From Octopus vulgaris (lineage: Eukaryota), in NCBI GenBank assembly GCA_951406725.2, contig OX597815.1:189740001-189802000 (forward strand): a stretch of DNA of 62,000 nucleotides, in the 5' to 3' direction. Made by a program: the position numbers and the translations under genes. Under the pieces are notes generated by a model. The model made no database searches and was not told the origin of the DNA. It was given only the letters and a program-made list of their open reading frames with translations. Positions within the stretch are counted from its first letter, which is position 1. Each line of letters starts with the position of its first letter. Shown in pieces: positions 1 to 12,993 of this stretch.

Positions 1-178
1 TCGCTTGACAACCGATGCTGGTGTGTTTATGCCCCCGTCACTTAGCTGTTCAGCCAAAAAAGAGACCGATAGAATAAGTACTAGGCTTACTACAAAGAAT
101 AAGTCGTGGGGTCAATTTGCTCAACTAAAGGTGGTGCTCCAGCATGGCCACATTCAAATGACTGAAACAAGTAAAAGT
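1..178 (+). mobile_element. tRNA-derived SINE family A, 3' half
   Basis: Matches the 3' half of full copies at 35571 and 61183 (gcttgacaaccgatgctgg...actgaaacaagtaaaag). Confidence 0.85.
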
Positions 179-1080
179 GTATATGTATGTGTGTGTGTGT
201 GTGTAAGTGTGTGTGTGTGTATGTATGTCACACTTCAAAACCACACTTTTTTACTCCTTGAACCAGGACTAAAGTCAGGTTACCTACAGAAAAGAGATTT
301 AATTCCATGCATGCAAGACACTAACAGTTTTGTTCTTTTGTTCAAACCATTACTGCCTTGAAATGAAATTCTTCATTTTTCTCACAAGCAAAAGTTACAC
401 TGCATCTTTGACTTGAAGCTTCCATTACATTATGATTTTTACCTTATCTACAACTGAACAGGTAATTTTGAATTCTGAAGGAGCTGTCTCAAGCAAGCAC
501 AGTATAAATTTTGACTAAGCTATAGCTCATTTTTATCAGGATTGTCAAATGAGTGCTTGTGTTTATAAAATCGATTTATGAATGACAACTCAGTTGCTCC
601 AGTATAATTTTTACATTCATCTCCGTTGTTTATTTCCTTTTTAGCACTACATGTAGAGTAATCGCTCACCATATTGCATTTCACCTATCGCAGTTTATTA
701 TTTAAGCTTACGTCAATATCTCTGTGGTGTTGTTTTGCATTTATAATAAAATAAAAATATACAAATTATAAAAATGATAAAATACACAGTACAGTACTGT
801 TTCTACTTTACAGATTTTCACCTATCGTGGGGTGGGGTTGAGGGTTGGAAAGTAATACCCGTCAATGGATTGCTATAATCAATTTTGCCAAATGGGTACA
901 AATTACCTAGAGGGCAATTCGCATAAATTCTACTGTTACATAACTTTTGTTAACCTTTTATTTACCTGTCTTTTCCATTGAGCTTTATAGCATTATAACC
1001 TCTGATACAACAACCAATCTTCTTACATACTGAATGAATAATCTTAACACAGTTTTTTTTTTATATCTTTCTATACTTAA

Positions 1081-1300
1081 GGCGGCGAGCTGGCACAAAC
1101 GTTAGCACACCGGGCAAAATGCTTAGCTGTATTTCATCTGTCTTTACTTTCTGAGATCAAATCTCACTGAGGTCAACTTTGCCTTTCATCCTTTCGGAGT
1201 CAATAAATCAAGTACCAGTTGCATACTGAGATCGATCTAATCGACTGGCACCTTCCCCAAAAATTTTGGGCCTTGTGCCTAGAGTAGAAAAGAATATCTT
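1081..1300 (+). mobile_element. tRNA-derived SINE family B
   Basis: ggcggcgagctggca..aacgttagc head, GAGTTCAAATTCC-type B box, gtcgac-rich body. Confidence 0.8.
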
Positions 1301-1480
1301 TATATACTTACGCCCTATCACAAAATTTTAATCAATTAGATTCAGGAATTCTTTAGCTATATTAGTCATTACTATAAGATTAAATACTGCCTTTACCATA
1401 AAATGTTCCTTTGCTTATTCCTGTTCTTACCTGTGCATATCCAGTGTTTTTTAATTATCTAATCTTACCAGAAAACTTAC

Positions 1481-1759
1481 AATTTCTCAGCACCTCATAA
1501 TAATGCCCAGTCCGCATTATAAAGACATTTTCATAAGAAGATATCAAAGATAACATTTTACCAATTTGTCGACCAAGCTCTCCAAGATACTAAGCAGGGG
1601 ATTTGATTGTTGGTGTATGTACACCCAATATCTCATTGGTTTCTGGTATGGTGTGAAGATCTATGTCAGTAATATCAGTGTACCCAGCAAACCATGACGT
1701 GTAAGCTGCATGCTGATTGGTCAAAACCATATTTCAAAAATTCAGTTTGTTGGAGCCTT
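1481..1759 (-). pseudogene. Exon-like 279-nt segment (phase 1 to 1) with one TGA and one TAG; pseudo-exon or decayed transposon ORF
   Basis: Acceptor ctttttgtacctcttag, donor T|gtaagt, length divisible by 3. Reads GSNKLNF*NMVLTNQHAAYTSWFAGYTDITDIDLHTIPETNEILGVHTPTIKSPA*YLGELGRQIGKMLSLISSYENVFIMRTGHYYEVLRN. Confidence 0.25.
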
Positions 1760-1994
1760 CTAAGAGGTACAAAAAGCAGAATTCAGTTATTTTACTACAG
1801 TTGTCAAGAACTCAACTGTCAGTTAAATACATTTTGAAATCTGATGATTACTATGAATGTATGAAAATACTAATTGAACTTTAGGAACATTACAAAATAT
1901 GGTTTTAATGTTCAACACAATTCAACATTGTAAAAAAATTGTTTTAAATACAATAATGAAACAGGGGAAAGCCAGATCGTGTTGCAACATTATG

Positions 1995-2179
1995 CCGGTG
2001 GTATGTAAAAAGCACCCACTACACTCTCAGAGTGGTTGATGTTAGGAAGGGCATCCAGCTGTAGAAATACTGCCAAATCAGACTGGAGCCTGGTGCAGCC
2101 TTCTGGCTTCCTAGACCTCAGTCGAACAGTCCAACCCATGCCAGTATGGAAAACAGATGTTAAACGATAATGATGATGA

Positions 2180-2185
<6 letters not shown>
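1995..2185 (+). mobile_element. Non-autonomous retroelement family D ((GAT)n tail)
   Basis: aaaaagcacccactacactc...aggaagggcatccagctgtagaaa...gttaaacgatgatgat. A (GAT)n tail suggests RTE-type mobilisation (inference). Confidence 0.8.
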
Positions 2186-2220
<35 letters not shown>

Positions 2221-2222
2221 TA

Positions 2223-2523
2223 TGTGGAGGCCCAGTGGTTAGGGCAGCGGACTCGCAGTCGTAGGATTGCGGTTTCGATTCCCAGGCCGGGCGTTGTGAG
2301 TGTTTATTGAGCGAAAACACCTAAAGCTCCACTAGGCTCCAGCAGGGGGTGGTGGCGATCCCTGCTGTACTCTTTCGCCACAACTTTCTCTCACTCTTTC
2401 TTCTGTTGGCCTGCTCGCTTAGCCAGCAGGGTGGTGTCATTTGAAGGCTAAAGCAATGCGAAGCGCATTGTGACCAGCAATGTGTAGCAACATCTGATAG
2501 CCTGGTCGGTCATGGTGATCACG

Positions 2524-2527
<4 letters not shown>
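2223..2527 (+). mobile_element. tRNA-derived SINE family C
   Basis: cccagtggttagggcagcggactcgc...ggtttcgattccc tRNA-like head; gtgatcacg tail. Confidence 0.85.
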
Positions 2528-2558
<31 letters not shown>

Positions 2559-2699
2559 TTTAAATGATGTTCAACAAAAATGAGGTTTGATCTTCCAATT
2601 GCTTATATGCACCTCATACCATAACTCCATCCCCTCCATGGTTAACTGTTGCTTACAAATACTCTAAATTCCATGTTTCAGGTTTATTATGCTACACAT

Positions 2700-3020
2700 A
2701 TAATAGCCAAGAAATGGAAAATTGCCAAAGTTTACTTTTGTTTGGCCATTATTATCGATAACCGAAACACCTCCCCTGTTGCAGAAATCTTTAACCCAGC
2801 TAACATATCTGATCTTATTGGCTTTTTACTTATAATTCTTCATTCTTATCCAAGGTCTTTCAGTGCTGTTCTGACACAACATGGTGACATATACATAGAA
2901 TCTGCAACCTTTCAAACATTTGCAAGTTGTTGTTGTATAATTTCTCTTTTAACTGCCTTCTTTGCTCTTTCAAAAACTATCTGTCACCTCTTAGATCTCT
3001 TCTTCTCTCAACAATAACTG
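2700..3020 (-). mobile_element. Highly decayed RTE-like LINE fragment
   Basis: RAKKAV...LANV*KVA and DMLAGLKISATGEV resemble the RTE pre-RT region (AKKAV..FANV; AEMLKISG). Confidence 0.4.
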
Positions 3021-3442
3021 TATTCAGTCCTCCTCTTAGCCTTGCTATTCATTATTTAACCAACTCATTAATTAAAGAAATGATCAATTAGTTAGTTGGT
3101 TAGATATTTAGCCGAATGACTAACAATAAAGAAGTGATATTGAACCAGTGCATGTGTTTATCATTACTGGTGTAATGACCCTCCCAAGATGCTACAAGAT
3201 TTATTTCAACCCACAGATTCATATGAAGAATCTTGCAAATCAAATAATGTGAACTATATTATTCCTTGTTCAGTTATTAGTAGTGAAAAAAATATTAGTC
3301 ATAAAATTATTCAATTTCATTTTCCACATTCATATAATATGACTTTGCTCAAGAGTACATTCATCAATACGTTTTTTCCCATTAGTTTCCAGTCGCATGT
3401 TTATTAAATCAAAGTTACAATTAATCCAAGATGACAATTAAA

Positions 3443-3482
<40 letters not shown>

Positions 3483-3559
3483 GCAATGAAGAAAAAATTT
3501 ATTAGAAAAATTTGAAAAGGCAACAGACCAATAAAATGTTTGCATCAACCACATCTATA

Positions 3560-4040
<481 letters not shown>

Positions 4041-4056
4041 ACTCTGTATATATATG

Positions 4057-4396
4057 TGAAGGTGCATCGCATGGCTCAGTGGTTAGACAGTCGAGCTTAC
4101 AATCATGAGGTTGTGAGTTCAAATCCTGGACCGAACTGTGTGTTTTCTTCTTGAGCAAGACACTTTATTTCATGTTGCTCCAGTGGACTCAGCTGTAGAA
4201 ATGAATTGCAACATCACAGGTGCCAAGCTGTATCAGCCTTTGCCTTTCCTTTGGATAACATCGGTGGTGTGGAGAGGGGAAGCTGGTATGCATGGGTGAC
4301 TGCTAGTCTTCCATAAACAACCTTGCCCGGACCTGTTCCTAGGAGGGTAACTTTCTAGGTGCAATCCCATGGTCAGTCATAACCGAAGGAGGTCTC
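4057..4396 (+). mobile_element. tRNA-derived SINE family E
   Basis: tggctcagtggttag...gagttcaaatcc head, ttgagcaagacact central domain. Another copy at 22216-22550. Confidence 0.8.
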
Positions 4397-4448
4397 AGCA
4401 GTACATATATGTATATACACACACACACACATATGTATATATATATAT

Positions 4449-4868
4449 ATAAATTAGAAAAAATCACCTTTTATCAATTCAAAATGAAAAATTAAATTAC
4501 ACCATCTAGAAAATTACATATAATAGAAATATTAGATATAAGATTTTAAAAAATATACTGATGATTAAGTAATGTGCAAAATAATCAATAAAACGTATAT
4601 ATTTTATAGAATAACATTATTATACCAAATATATACGCTTTATTTATTATTTTGCGCATTACTTAATCATCAGGATATTTTTTTCATCTTATATTTAATA
4701 TTTCTATTATATGTAATTTTCTAGATGGTGTAATTTAATTTTTCATTTAGAATTGATAAAAGGTAGATTTTTCTAATTTATTTATATATTATATTTTGTG
4801 AAATTTGATTTAGTATTTATAAATTGAATTTTTCCCTGTAAGTTAGGAATAATATTCCCTCAAATTAT
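4449..4868 (-). repeat. AT-rich foldback element: ~80-bp head plus imperfect ~330-bp palindrome
   Basis: Arms 4449-~4605 and ~4625-4781. The head at 4790-4868 matches 52468-52545 and 61675-61745. Confidence 0.75.
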
Positions 4869-4895
4869 TATTATTATTATTATTATTAGTATATA

Positions 4896-4922
<27 letters not shown>

Positions 4923-4926
<4 letters not shown>

Positions 4927-5464
4927 TGTTATATTTCAGAATGGTCATTTTGCCAGTTTAGTCATTAAAAATACACGCACTATATATTTGGTGTTACTTT
5001 GCTTCAGTGTTATTTATTTTTTACATTAATCTTAGTCTTATTTCCGCCAGAGTTCTTTCGTCACACTCCTGTGACCGCATCAGTGGTCCTTTGTTTTCTT
5101 CTTTCTTATTTGTGTCTCTCCTTACTAACCGTCAACCATTTTGTATACAAAATACAAAATGGCTTACGGTTAGTAAGGAGAGACACAAATAAGAAAGAAG
5201 AAAACAAAGGACCACTGATGCGGTGCCATTTGTATTTTGTATACAAAATGGTTGACGGTTAGCAAGGAGAGACACAAATAAGAAAGAAGAAAACAAAGGA
5301 CCACTGATGCGGTCACAGGAGTGTGACGAAAGAACTCTGGCCGAAATAAGATTAAGATTAATGTAAAAAATAAATAACACTGAAGCAAAGTAACACCAAA
5401 TATATAGTGCATGTGTTTTTAATGACTAAACTGGCAAAATGACCATTCCGAAATATAACAATAT
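4923..5464. repeat. ~540-bp palindrome with an internal 60-bp duplicated segment
   Basis: 4923-~5164 is the reverse complement of 5225-5464; 5165-5224 repeats the first part of the right arm. Confidence 0.9.
5298..5342 (+). ncRNA. Hammerhead-like motif with mutated core (A9 to C) in a Penelope-like hairpin
   Basis: ggacca-CUGAUGC-g-GUCAC aggagu GUGAC-GAAA-gaac-UC-uggcc. Mirror copy on the - strand at ~5045-5090. Confidence 0.45.
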
Positions 5465-5521
5465 CTGTTTCAACACACGACTTCACATAAAAAATCTTGC
5501 ACAACAAATATATAAACGTAC

Positions 5522-5616
<95 letters not shown>

Positions 5617-6002
5617 TATACATACATATATATATACATGTATATACATATAATCAAAATAAGCAACAAGGATATCTAAGGTAGTGTAGTACAATCGTTT
5701 CATGCTACATCATTTTTATTAAACACAGTAAGTATTACATCAGTTTTAAAATGTAGAGCAATCTTCAGCCACACATAGATTTTTTTTAATTAAATGGACA
5801 ATGTACATTTTTATACTTATTTCATTTACCAACATTACAGGTTAATTTCATCATTAAGAATATGGTAGTAGAATGTCCTTGCCCATCTGTAGATTTTTTA
5901 TCATTGAGTTCACTTTGTTATTTAGATCAACCAATGGGAAGGGGGTTTCTTCATTTGTTTCAATAGAGACAAACAAGACATTTTTCTATTTACTCTCTCT
6001 CT

Positions 6003-6392
6003 CTTTTACTTGTTTCAGTCATTTGACTGCGGCCATGCTGGAGCACCGCCTTTAGGCAAGCAAATCGACCCCGGGACTTATTCTTTGTAAGCCCAGTACT
6101 TATTCTATCGGTCTCTTTTGCCAAACTGCTAAGTGACGGGATGTAAACACATCAGCATTGGTTGTCAAGCAATGCTAGGGGGACAAACACAGACACACAA
6201 ACACACACACACATATATATACATATATACGACAGGCTTCTTTCAGTTTCTGTCTACCAAATCCACTCACAAGGCATTGGTCGGCCCGGGGCTATAGCAA
6301 AAGATACTTGCCCAAGATTCCACACAGTGGGACTGAACCCGCAACCATGTGGTTGGTTAGCAGAGCAAGCTACTTACCACACAGCCACTCCT
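6003..6392 (-). mobile_element. SINE family A, full length
   Basis: Pol III A-box (TGGCTGTGTGG) and B-box (GGTTCAGTCCC) head, (TA/TG)n spacer, conserved tail. Confidence 0.85.
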
Positions 6393-6639
6393 GTAGAAAG
6401 AAGAAAGGGTAGTACATATGTCAAAGCCATAAATCCATCCTCATTTTGAGGAATTTAACTTAGGCCTATTTGAAAGTATTTTAGCAAAAGTTAGTTGGCT
6501 GAAGCTAGTGGGGTAGGGAGAATAGAGACTACTAATGCTCTAGAGATTTCTAATGTCCCTTACCATTTAACAGCCATAATTTCACTTGTGAATTTTAAAT
6601 AACTATCCTTTAGATAATTTTCCAAAGGATTCCAATAAA

Positions 6640-7340
6640 TTTTAGTACCTTATATAGGGATAGAAAATATAGAGATCATTTCATATTTATCTAAATATAT
6701 ATATATCAATTTCTATTAATATAGATTCACAGTTAGTTAGTAAATAGCGATTTATTTTATTAATAAGTTAAATTAAACAAATATGCTAGACATAATATTT
6801 ACTAACTGTAAAAAAAACCCTTATCAATTAGCACATATATCAAGAGTCTATATGATATATTAAAAAGTAATGGAAGGGAGGTAATCAAGATGGACTAAAT
6901 AATTTCACTAGATATATAGAAGTTTTGCAATCCCATATAAAAGAGTATCAAAATATTCTAATTTCACTTTATTCAAATTTATTTATATTATAAAATTTCT
7001 TAATAATCTATTCAGGTTAAATAAAAGCTAGTATGGTATATAAATTCTTTATTTGGTTACAAAATATTAAGAAAATTTAGGAATGGTCAGAATGCTATTA
7101 TTTAAAATACTTAAAAATACGGGTGGCACAATGTATGCAGGATATCCTAGTTCAAAACGGTTATTCAATAAGTTTATATTATTTGTATCTTTCAAAATTT
7201 CATATGTCTCCATAGAACAAAGTTCACATCCATCCCTACTATTTTTATAGGGCTGTGCCTTTCTTATTATATCCCATTTTAGGTTAAATTCAATATTTTT
7301 TTCTTTCAATTCCCAAATTTTACTGTACAATATGTGTGAT
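6640..7340 (-). mobile_element. Penelope-like retroelement remnant (GIY-YIG endonuclease C-terminal region)
   Basis: ORF 7067-7330 reads KIWELKEKNIEFNLKWDIIRKAQPYKNSRDGCELCSMETYEILK...LLNNRFEL, matching the PLE pattern IW.LK.....IKW.I...A.PY.....CNLCL.EK..I....LLNKR.E. The 6660-6800 flank is homologous to 56150-56285. Confidence 0.8.
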
Positions 7341-7481
7341 TAGCAAATGAGTGTGTAGGAGTGGCGTGGGAGTTTGAGGTCAATGACAAAAAAGGATGAT
7401 AGCATGCAAAAAAGTGAAAGTTTTGAAATTTTTAAACTTAACTGTCTCAAACCACCCGTTTTCATGATATTTCAGCATCCC

Positions 7482-7631
7482 TTTGCAGTCCCTTTCAAAT
7501 CATTTCTAGAGGAAGCGATTTGCAGTCCCTTTTAAATCGCTCCCAGAGCACTGTTATTTGCAGTCCCTTTCAAATTGTTTCAAGAGGACTGAAATTTGCA
7601 GTCCCTTTCAAATCACTCCTAGGGGACTGCA
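7482..7631. repeat. Minisatellite, four 37-38 bp units (tttgcagtccctttcaaat...)
   Basis: Units start at 7482, 7519, 7557 and 7595. Confidence 0.85.
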
Positions 7632-8249
7632 GGCCTTACTTTGAGAATCACTGCTTTAGAGCCTTATGCTTTAATCCAGTATGAGCCAAAAACGTTAAAA
7701 AGCTCCCCAGAAATAAATATTTGGTAATGAATATACAATATTAGCATAATCTACTATAATGCATAATATTATATGCAATATTTTATATTAAGAAATATGA
7801 GGAACAATTCCAAATATATTTTGATCATATGATCTCCTCTGTGAACTATGGACTTCATCAAATATGCCAAAGAAATGATGAAAAAATTGTTAAGTAAATG
7901 CACAGAATTGTACAATTGTTCTCAAAGGAAATCAGAGTTGTATAGAAATTCAGAGATGCTATTCATATGAAAAATAATGCATAATTTGATGTTAGCATAT
8001 CTTTTTTGGTTGAGGTCACTAAAAAGTTAAGCAGAAATATATGTCATGAGAAAAAGTATATATATTAGTCAATGAGTAATATTGTTCCTATTTTTTTTTT
8101 CTCCATCAAGTACAAGAGATAACGTGAGACAGATTCTAAGAAGACTTGTTATCAATATGTTCAATTTCCTCAAACTTATGTGACTACAACTCTGCCTCTT
8201 GTCCTATCTTTCCTCTTTCGTAGCACTTATCATTAATAAATTTGTTTCA

Positions 8250-8500
8250 CTTTTACCATTGTTCTGATATTGAATTATTTCCACCTTTGATATAAACTTG
8301 TTGAACAAATTTAGCTGTCCATCGACAAACTATGAACGCAACTATCTATAACACATTGCTAGGCATTGCCTTTGTTAATTAAAATAGGTTTCTAAGTCAT
8401 CAATCATGTTAAGAATCTTCCCTGGTATAGAAAGAAGAGAGAAATCTCAAATAATTTAAAATTTATGGACTGTTTACCCATTCTTTCATGTTTCTGTGTT
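8250..8500 (-). mobile_element. Highly decayed RTE-like LINE reverse transcriptase fragment
   Basis: *DFSLLSIPGKIL at ~8405-8450 corresponds to NYRGISLLSIPGKIL, followed by LTKA. Decay probably extends further. Confidence 0.6.
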
Positions 8501-9906
8501 CTACATGAATTTTGAGTGTATCTACAAATTATAGATTCTTTTAGCAATAACTCATTTCACATATTTAGATATGGGAGGTACTTGGTACTATCATTCAACA
8601 CAATTCTTTTGTATTCTAGTTTTGCAAGTCAGTAAATAAATTACTTCAGTTCTGTAATATATTACAAATCTTTTAACAAGACATTCGATGTCAAATCTTA
8701 ATCTTTGTTCCAACTTTCTTCAAAAGTCAGACAAAAAGACATTCTTCTTTTCATATATTTCAAAGTTATAATTCTTACACCAAACACTATATATTTCTAA
8801 ACAGATCCAGCCTCTTTAGGAGCAGATTTAAGATAACTTTTTTGTTTTCCAGCTGGTTTACTAAATACTGGCATAAAATAAACCAATTTAGCAATTAAAT
8901 TGATAAAGGGAATAAAAATAAAATTCCCATATCAGCACTTCAAACAGTTGGAAGTTCAAGTTTGACTTCCTTTCTTTTAAAGACACCAGTTATTCTTCCT
9001 TTTATGCTTTCTGGTTTTGGTCATTATACTGCAGCCATGCAATGAGAGTGAGTTCTGTCTTTGAGAATGGTTTGTCTGATATTTCATTGATCTATATTTT
9101 ATTGAATACCAAAGTCACCTCTTGTTACAGTACCATTATTCTAACTAATGGCATTACATCAAATACATAAACAAGGCAGCAAGTTGGCCGAATTGTTAGT
9201 ACACCAGGTGAAATGCTTTGCGACATTTCATCTGTCTTTTATGTTCTGAGTTCAAATTCTGTTGAATTTGATTTTGGCTTTCATCCTGTAAGGGTTGATA
9301 AAATAAATATCAGATGAGCACTGGGGTTGATATAATCAATTTATGCCCACCACTGAACTTGCTGGCCTGTGCCAAAACTTGAAACCATTATATCAGACCC
9401 ATGAACAAAAACACCGAGACACACTATTACATAGATTTACACAAATTATATTGAGTGGCTGTGTGGTACGTAGCTTGCTTACCAACCACATGGTTCCAGG
9501 TTCTGTTCCACTGCATGGCACCGCGGGCAAGTGTCTTCTACTAGTGGTTAGAGCATCGGATCGCTGTCAAGGGATCGCAGGTTCGCATCTCAGACCAGGT
9601 GATGAGTGTGTCTATGAGCAAAACACCTAAGCTCCACGCGGCTCCGGCAGAAGGTAATGGCGAAATTCTGCTGTCCTCCTGCATCTTGCTGCTCATCTGC
9701 GACGGACTGGCGTCCCATCCAGGTGGGGAGCCTATAAGCCAAGGAAACTGGGAAATCGGCCCTTATGAGCCAGGGATGGTTCAAGAATGAAAAAAGAATG
9801 AACAGTGGCTCATCTGCTTCACTGAATCAATCTACTTTGTGTAGTAGTATTGGATTAAATCAAGTTCCACCACCAGCTCGATGCTCTGGTACTTAGTCAA
9901 CAGAAA

Positions 9907-10047
9907 GATCCTCAGATACCACATAAGAAACTTGATATTGTTTCCCATGACAAAAATGGTAAAAGTGTGTTGATTAACATAGCAATATCAGATGAAGAAT
10001 TGAGCTGAAAGCTGAGGAATTACACCATCTTTGCTATTGAATTAAAA
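9907..10047 (+). mobile_element. RLE-type (R4/CRE-like) non-LTR endonuclease fragment
   Basis: HKKLDIVSHDKNGKSVLINIAISDEELS*KLRNYTIFAIELK resembles RPDIV..DK......IDIAI.......K..KY..LAIEL. Confidence 0.55.
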
Positions 10048-10101
10048 AATATTACAGTATTTATTAAATGTGTTCATCACCATATTGTATTAAGCATCAC
10101 C

Positions 10102-10329
10102 TTAACCCTTTCGTTAACTGTATTTATTTTGAGATGCTCAGTGTTTCTTTCAATTACTTTAAATATAACAAAGAATTTAGTAAAATAACTTAGTTATCAT
10201 TAAGCTAGTGTTAGGAACATAAATTGTGACTAAGGTTTGATGAAAAATTTTAATTCAAAATTTATGTAAACAAGACATTTGTACTACAGAGCCAGAAGTG
10301 GTTTCAGCCAGGTTGGTAACAAAAAGGTT
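10102..10329. mobile_element. piggyBac-like MITE
   Basis: TTAA-CCCTTTCGTTA left end and degraded TAACAAAAAGGTT right end. A separate left-end fragment is inverted at ~14408-14465. Confidence 0.55.
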
Positions 10330-10906
10330 GGGGGATACACAGCTATTTTTGTGAAGATTATCAACCTGTAAGACTGGAGACAAGCACATTCTGAAACAGT
10401 GTAACTTTAGGATCTCTAAATATCACCAGGGCATTATAATATAATAGTTATTGACTTTGTTAGCCTTTGACATCTCTGTCAATTGGTCCTTAATTTTTAA
10501 GTACATTTTATACATAAATATTTTGAGAATGGAGACTCTTGATATCATTCTCAAACCATGAAAACTAAAAATAAACTAGCAAAAAGGAAGAAGAAACCAA
10601 GATTTTTTATTTTTTTTTTTTTTTGCTTGAAGAAAATAAAATTTTTTTAATGATGTGTGATAAGAATGATAGTCAGCTGTAGAGACATCAAATCATTTAG
10701 AAAATTAATTTATTTGGAGACACTTGTCTGTAAAGAATATAGAATAGGAAATATGAGATTTTTATTATAATTTTAAAATTGGAAAGTTCCTAAAATGTAA
10801 TTAGGAGAATTTGTTGGTACAAGGTATTTATTGTTGTTGCGATTTCCTCCTCCCGATAATAATAATAATGATAATAATAATAATAATAATAATGATAATA
10901 ATAATA

Positions 10907-10959
<53 letters not shown>

Positions 10960-11384
10960 AATAATAATACAGTTGTAGTGTTTATTATCTGCTAAGATAA
11001 CAGAAGCTAGAAATATGTCACATTTCAGAATACAACATCATTATAATATTCTTATAATCTTATAAGGTTTGGTCTTATAATCCTATAAGCAAGCAGAATT
11101 GATAACACACTAGGCAAAATGCTCAAAGGCATTTTGTCACTTTATTTTCTGAGTTCAAATTCTGCCAAATCCAATTTTATCTTTCATCCTTTTGGGGTCA
11201 ACAAAATAAGTACCAGTTAAGCACTAGAGTCAATGCAATCAGCTTATCTCTCCCCCAATATTGCCAGCCTTGTGCCAAAAATTGGAACCAATATTCTTAT
11301 AATCTTTAACAGATTTAAGCCACTGGATTTCTGCCATGCTGGGGGCATCATCATCAAGGCTTATCAACTCCAATGGCTTTCTGA

Positions 11385-11650
11385 CTTCTGTGCACGTAAA
11401 AGTACCAACCGATCGTGGTTGCTGTCAGCCTCCCCTGGCACCTGTGCTGGTGGCACGTAAAAAGCACCCACTACACTCAATGAGTGGTTGGCGTTAGGAA
11501 GGGCAACCAGCTGTAGAAACACTGCCAGATCAGACTGGAGCCTGGTGCAGCCTCCTGGCTTCCCAGACCCTGGTCGAACTGTCCAACCTGTGCTAGCAGG
11601 GAAAACGGACATTAAACGATGAGGATGATGATGATGATGATGATGATGAA
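11385..11650 (+). mobile_element. Family D retroelement
   Basis: Same body with one upstream module. Confidence 0.8.
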
Positions 11651-12179
11651 AAGAGTGACAATAAGGCCAATTCTAGCTCAAAAGGGCCACATCTTGAAAG
11701 AAACTAAATACACTTAGGTATTCTTGTTTCATTCAGATTACAAATACACACTCATCCAAATATGCAATAGACTTCTGGACAGATCCATCTACGAAATTTC
11801 CCTCACTATTTCAGTCACTCAAAGGCTACGGTACAATACAGCTGCCCAGAGTCCTGAATAAAATGACCAAACCCAGAGCCATATGGTTACAAAGTGAATT
11901 TTTTAACATCTCAAACATACCAAGTTATTTATTTCTATTTTATTGATGTGATCAAATGTTAAACAAAATTTCATCCTGTTATTCTTATATTGGTTTCAGT
12001 CATTGGAGAACGGCCATGCTGGGGCACTGTCTTCAAGTATTTTATTTCTGTCCTGTACTTATTTAACTATCAACATCCTTTTCTATTTTTTTTTTTTTTT
12101 TGTCATAGAGGAATGACACATGCTATGTTAATTTACATCAACGCAGACTAATACAGATATGGTCTTTCATACACACTCA

Positions 12180-12241
<62 letters not shown>

Positions 12242-12464
12242 CACTCATTATAGGTTTCCAAATAGCTTTTTTCTACCAAATTCTACTCAAGTTATTGGTC
12301 AACCAAAGTGTTAGTAAAATATACTAAACTAAGGAGCCATGCATCAGGTTCAGACATGGAATTATGGTATCACATGCATTTTGTAATCAATAAAATTGTT
12401 GATTTAAGGTTCAACCAGCCCACCAACTCAACCACATATTTACAAACACCAGGAACTCAAATCA

Positions 12465-12770
12465 TCATCATCATCATCATTGTTTAACGTCTATTTTCCT
12501 TGACGGCATGGGTTGGACGGTTTGACTGGGGTCTGGAAAGCCAGCGGCTGCACCAGGCTCCAGTCTGATCTGGCAGTGTTCTACAGCCAGATGCCCTTCC
12601 TAATGCCAACCACTCCAAGAGTGTTGTGGGTGGTTTTTATGTGTCACCAGCACAGGAGCCAGTTAGGTGGGCCTAGCATCAATCATGTTCAGATAGTGCT
12701 TTTTACGTGTCACCAGCATGGGAGCCAGTTAGGGGGCACTGGCATCAGCCACATTCAGATGGTGCATTTT
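12465..12770 (-). mobile_element. Family D retroelement
   Basis: Reverse-complement body plus two modules. Confidence 0.8.
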
Positions 12771-12774
12771 ACAT

Positions 12775-12993
12775 ACCTATTTCTTTACTACCCACAAGAG
12801 GGGACAAACAAAGACAGACATAGGTATTAAGTCGATTACATCGATCCCAGTGCATAACTGGTACTTAATTTATCGACCCCGAAAGGATGAAAGGTAAAGT
12901 CGACCTCGGCAGAATTTGAACTCACAACGTAACGGCAGACGAAATACCGCTAAGCATTTCACCTGGTGTGCTAACGCTTCTGCCAGCTCGCTA
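12775..12993 (-). mobile_element. SINE family B
   Basis: Reverse-complement match. Confidence 0.85.

Noticed and set aside
2223-2300. tRNA-like sequences (also the heads of all SINE families)
   Set aside because: They continue into SINE bodies and lack a complete cloverleaf with acceptor stem; not tRNA genes.
2649-3017. 122-aa hydrophobic + strand ORF with an upstream tttcag acceptor
   Set aside because: It is the antisense shadow of a decayed RTE-like fragment on the - strand.
5848-5980. - strand frame KNVLFVSIETNEETPFPLVDLNNKVNSMIKNLQMGKDILLPYS*
   Set aside because: No credible acceptor or start, and it abuts repeats; cannot be supported.
7482-7631. CRISPR-like appearance (also 45066-45490)
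   Set aside because: Eukaryotic context, no cas genes, and the variable parts are related to each other and too short to be spacers.
10520-10570. Possible - strand exon FSWFENDIKSLHSQNIY after a strong pyrimidine tract
   Set aside because: Weak donor (gtataa) and no supported partner exons.
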